IMG/VR virus record: IMGVR_UViG_3300042820_000065
Coordinates: 4,934-68,933 of that record
DNA from: a virus
Strand: one strand, 5' to 3'
DNA length: 64,000 nucleotides
The notes under the pieces are model-generated. The model had not been told where the DNA came from, did no database searches, and was given only the letters and a program-made list of their open reading frames with translations. The translations under genes and the position numbers were made by a program. Positions 63,797 through 64,000 of the stretch are shown here, in pieces (positions within the stretch are counted from its first letter, which is position 1; every line of letters begins with the position of its first letter).

Positions 63797-64000
63797 ATGA
63801 CAGCCGTCCGGGTGCCCGTGCCGACTCAGCCCGCGCTGAGTCGGGCAGACCTCTGCGGGCAATTCGAGCCGCTGGATAGCCGTCGCGCCGTCGTGAGCAA
63901 CGCCGACGGGGCTCATTGGGGCATGCGGGCCGTGGGCGGGCTCTACGAGGCCGGGGGGCACGTCTGGGTAGACGTGGTCCCGGAGGCGGATTGGTGGGCT
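63797..64000 (+). CDS. Hypothetical protein, 3'-truncated
   Basis: ATG after the conserved box; frame open to the window end. Confidence 0.45.
   Translation, partial: MTAVRVPVPTQPALSRADLCGQFEPLDSRRAVVSNADGAHWGMRAVGGLYEAGGHVWVDVVPEADWWA

Noticed and set aside
761-63961. Many long antisense or alternate-frame ORFs in the track (e.g. 7890-9029, 16619-17809, 19686-20702, 29565-31175, 52344-54158)
   Set aside because: They shadow well-supported genes, are Arg/Pro/Gly-rich with no motifs, and are expected at this GC. Only 1739-2581 and 11090-11782 carry real domain signatures.

Overview
The whole 64-kb window reads as one high-GC, actinobacterial-type tailed (siphovirus-like) phage genome with no host genes. 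About 1-25.7 kb is a + strand virion and lysis operon: portal (5'-truncated), MuF-like head protein with an intein, scaffold, major capsid, head-tail proteins, major tail, frameshifted tail chaperone, tape measure, minor tails, two endolysins and a holin. About 25.9-37.5 kb holds a Prim-Pol/D5-helicase gene followed directly by a Gram-positive conjugation (T4SS-like) operon: small 2-TM protein, TcpE-like, VirB4, VirB6-like, VirB8-like and a lytic transglycosylase, with a virion-fibre-like cassette inside it. About 37.5-64 kb holds small early/accessory genes in alternating blocks under a conserved promoter motif (15 copies in the window). These include an HNH-TM-FtsK fusion, a DUF2637/SpdA-like protein, a YidD-like protein, JAB and papain-like proteases, an exonuclease, SSB-like, Endo VII-like and HNH proteins. 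I could not recognise a terminase, integrase, relaxase, ParAB, tRNA or CRISPR array. The main candidates for new biology are: (i) a tailed phage carrying a relaxase-less conjugation machine with an HNH-fused FtsK; (ii) an intein whose putative endonuclease is encoded entirely on the opposite strand; (iii) two homologous ~90-bp inverted-repeat elements bracketing the non-virion ~38 kb; (iv) probable ATC start codons on tail genes. All family assignments come from motif recognition by eye; no database search was run.
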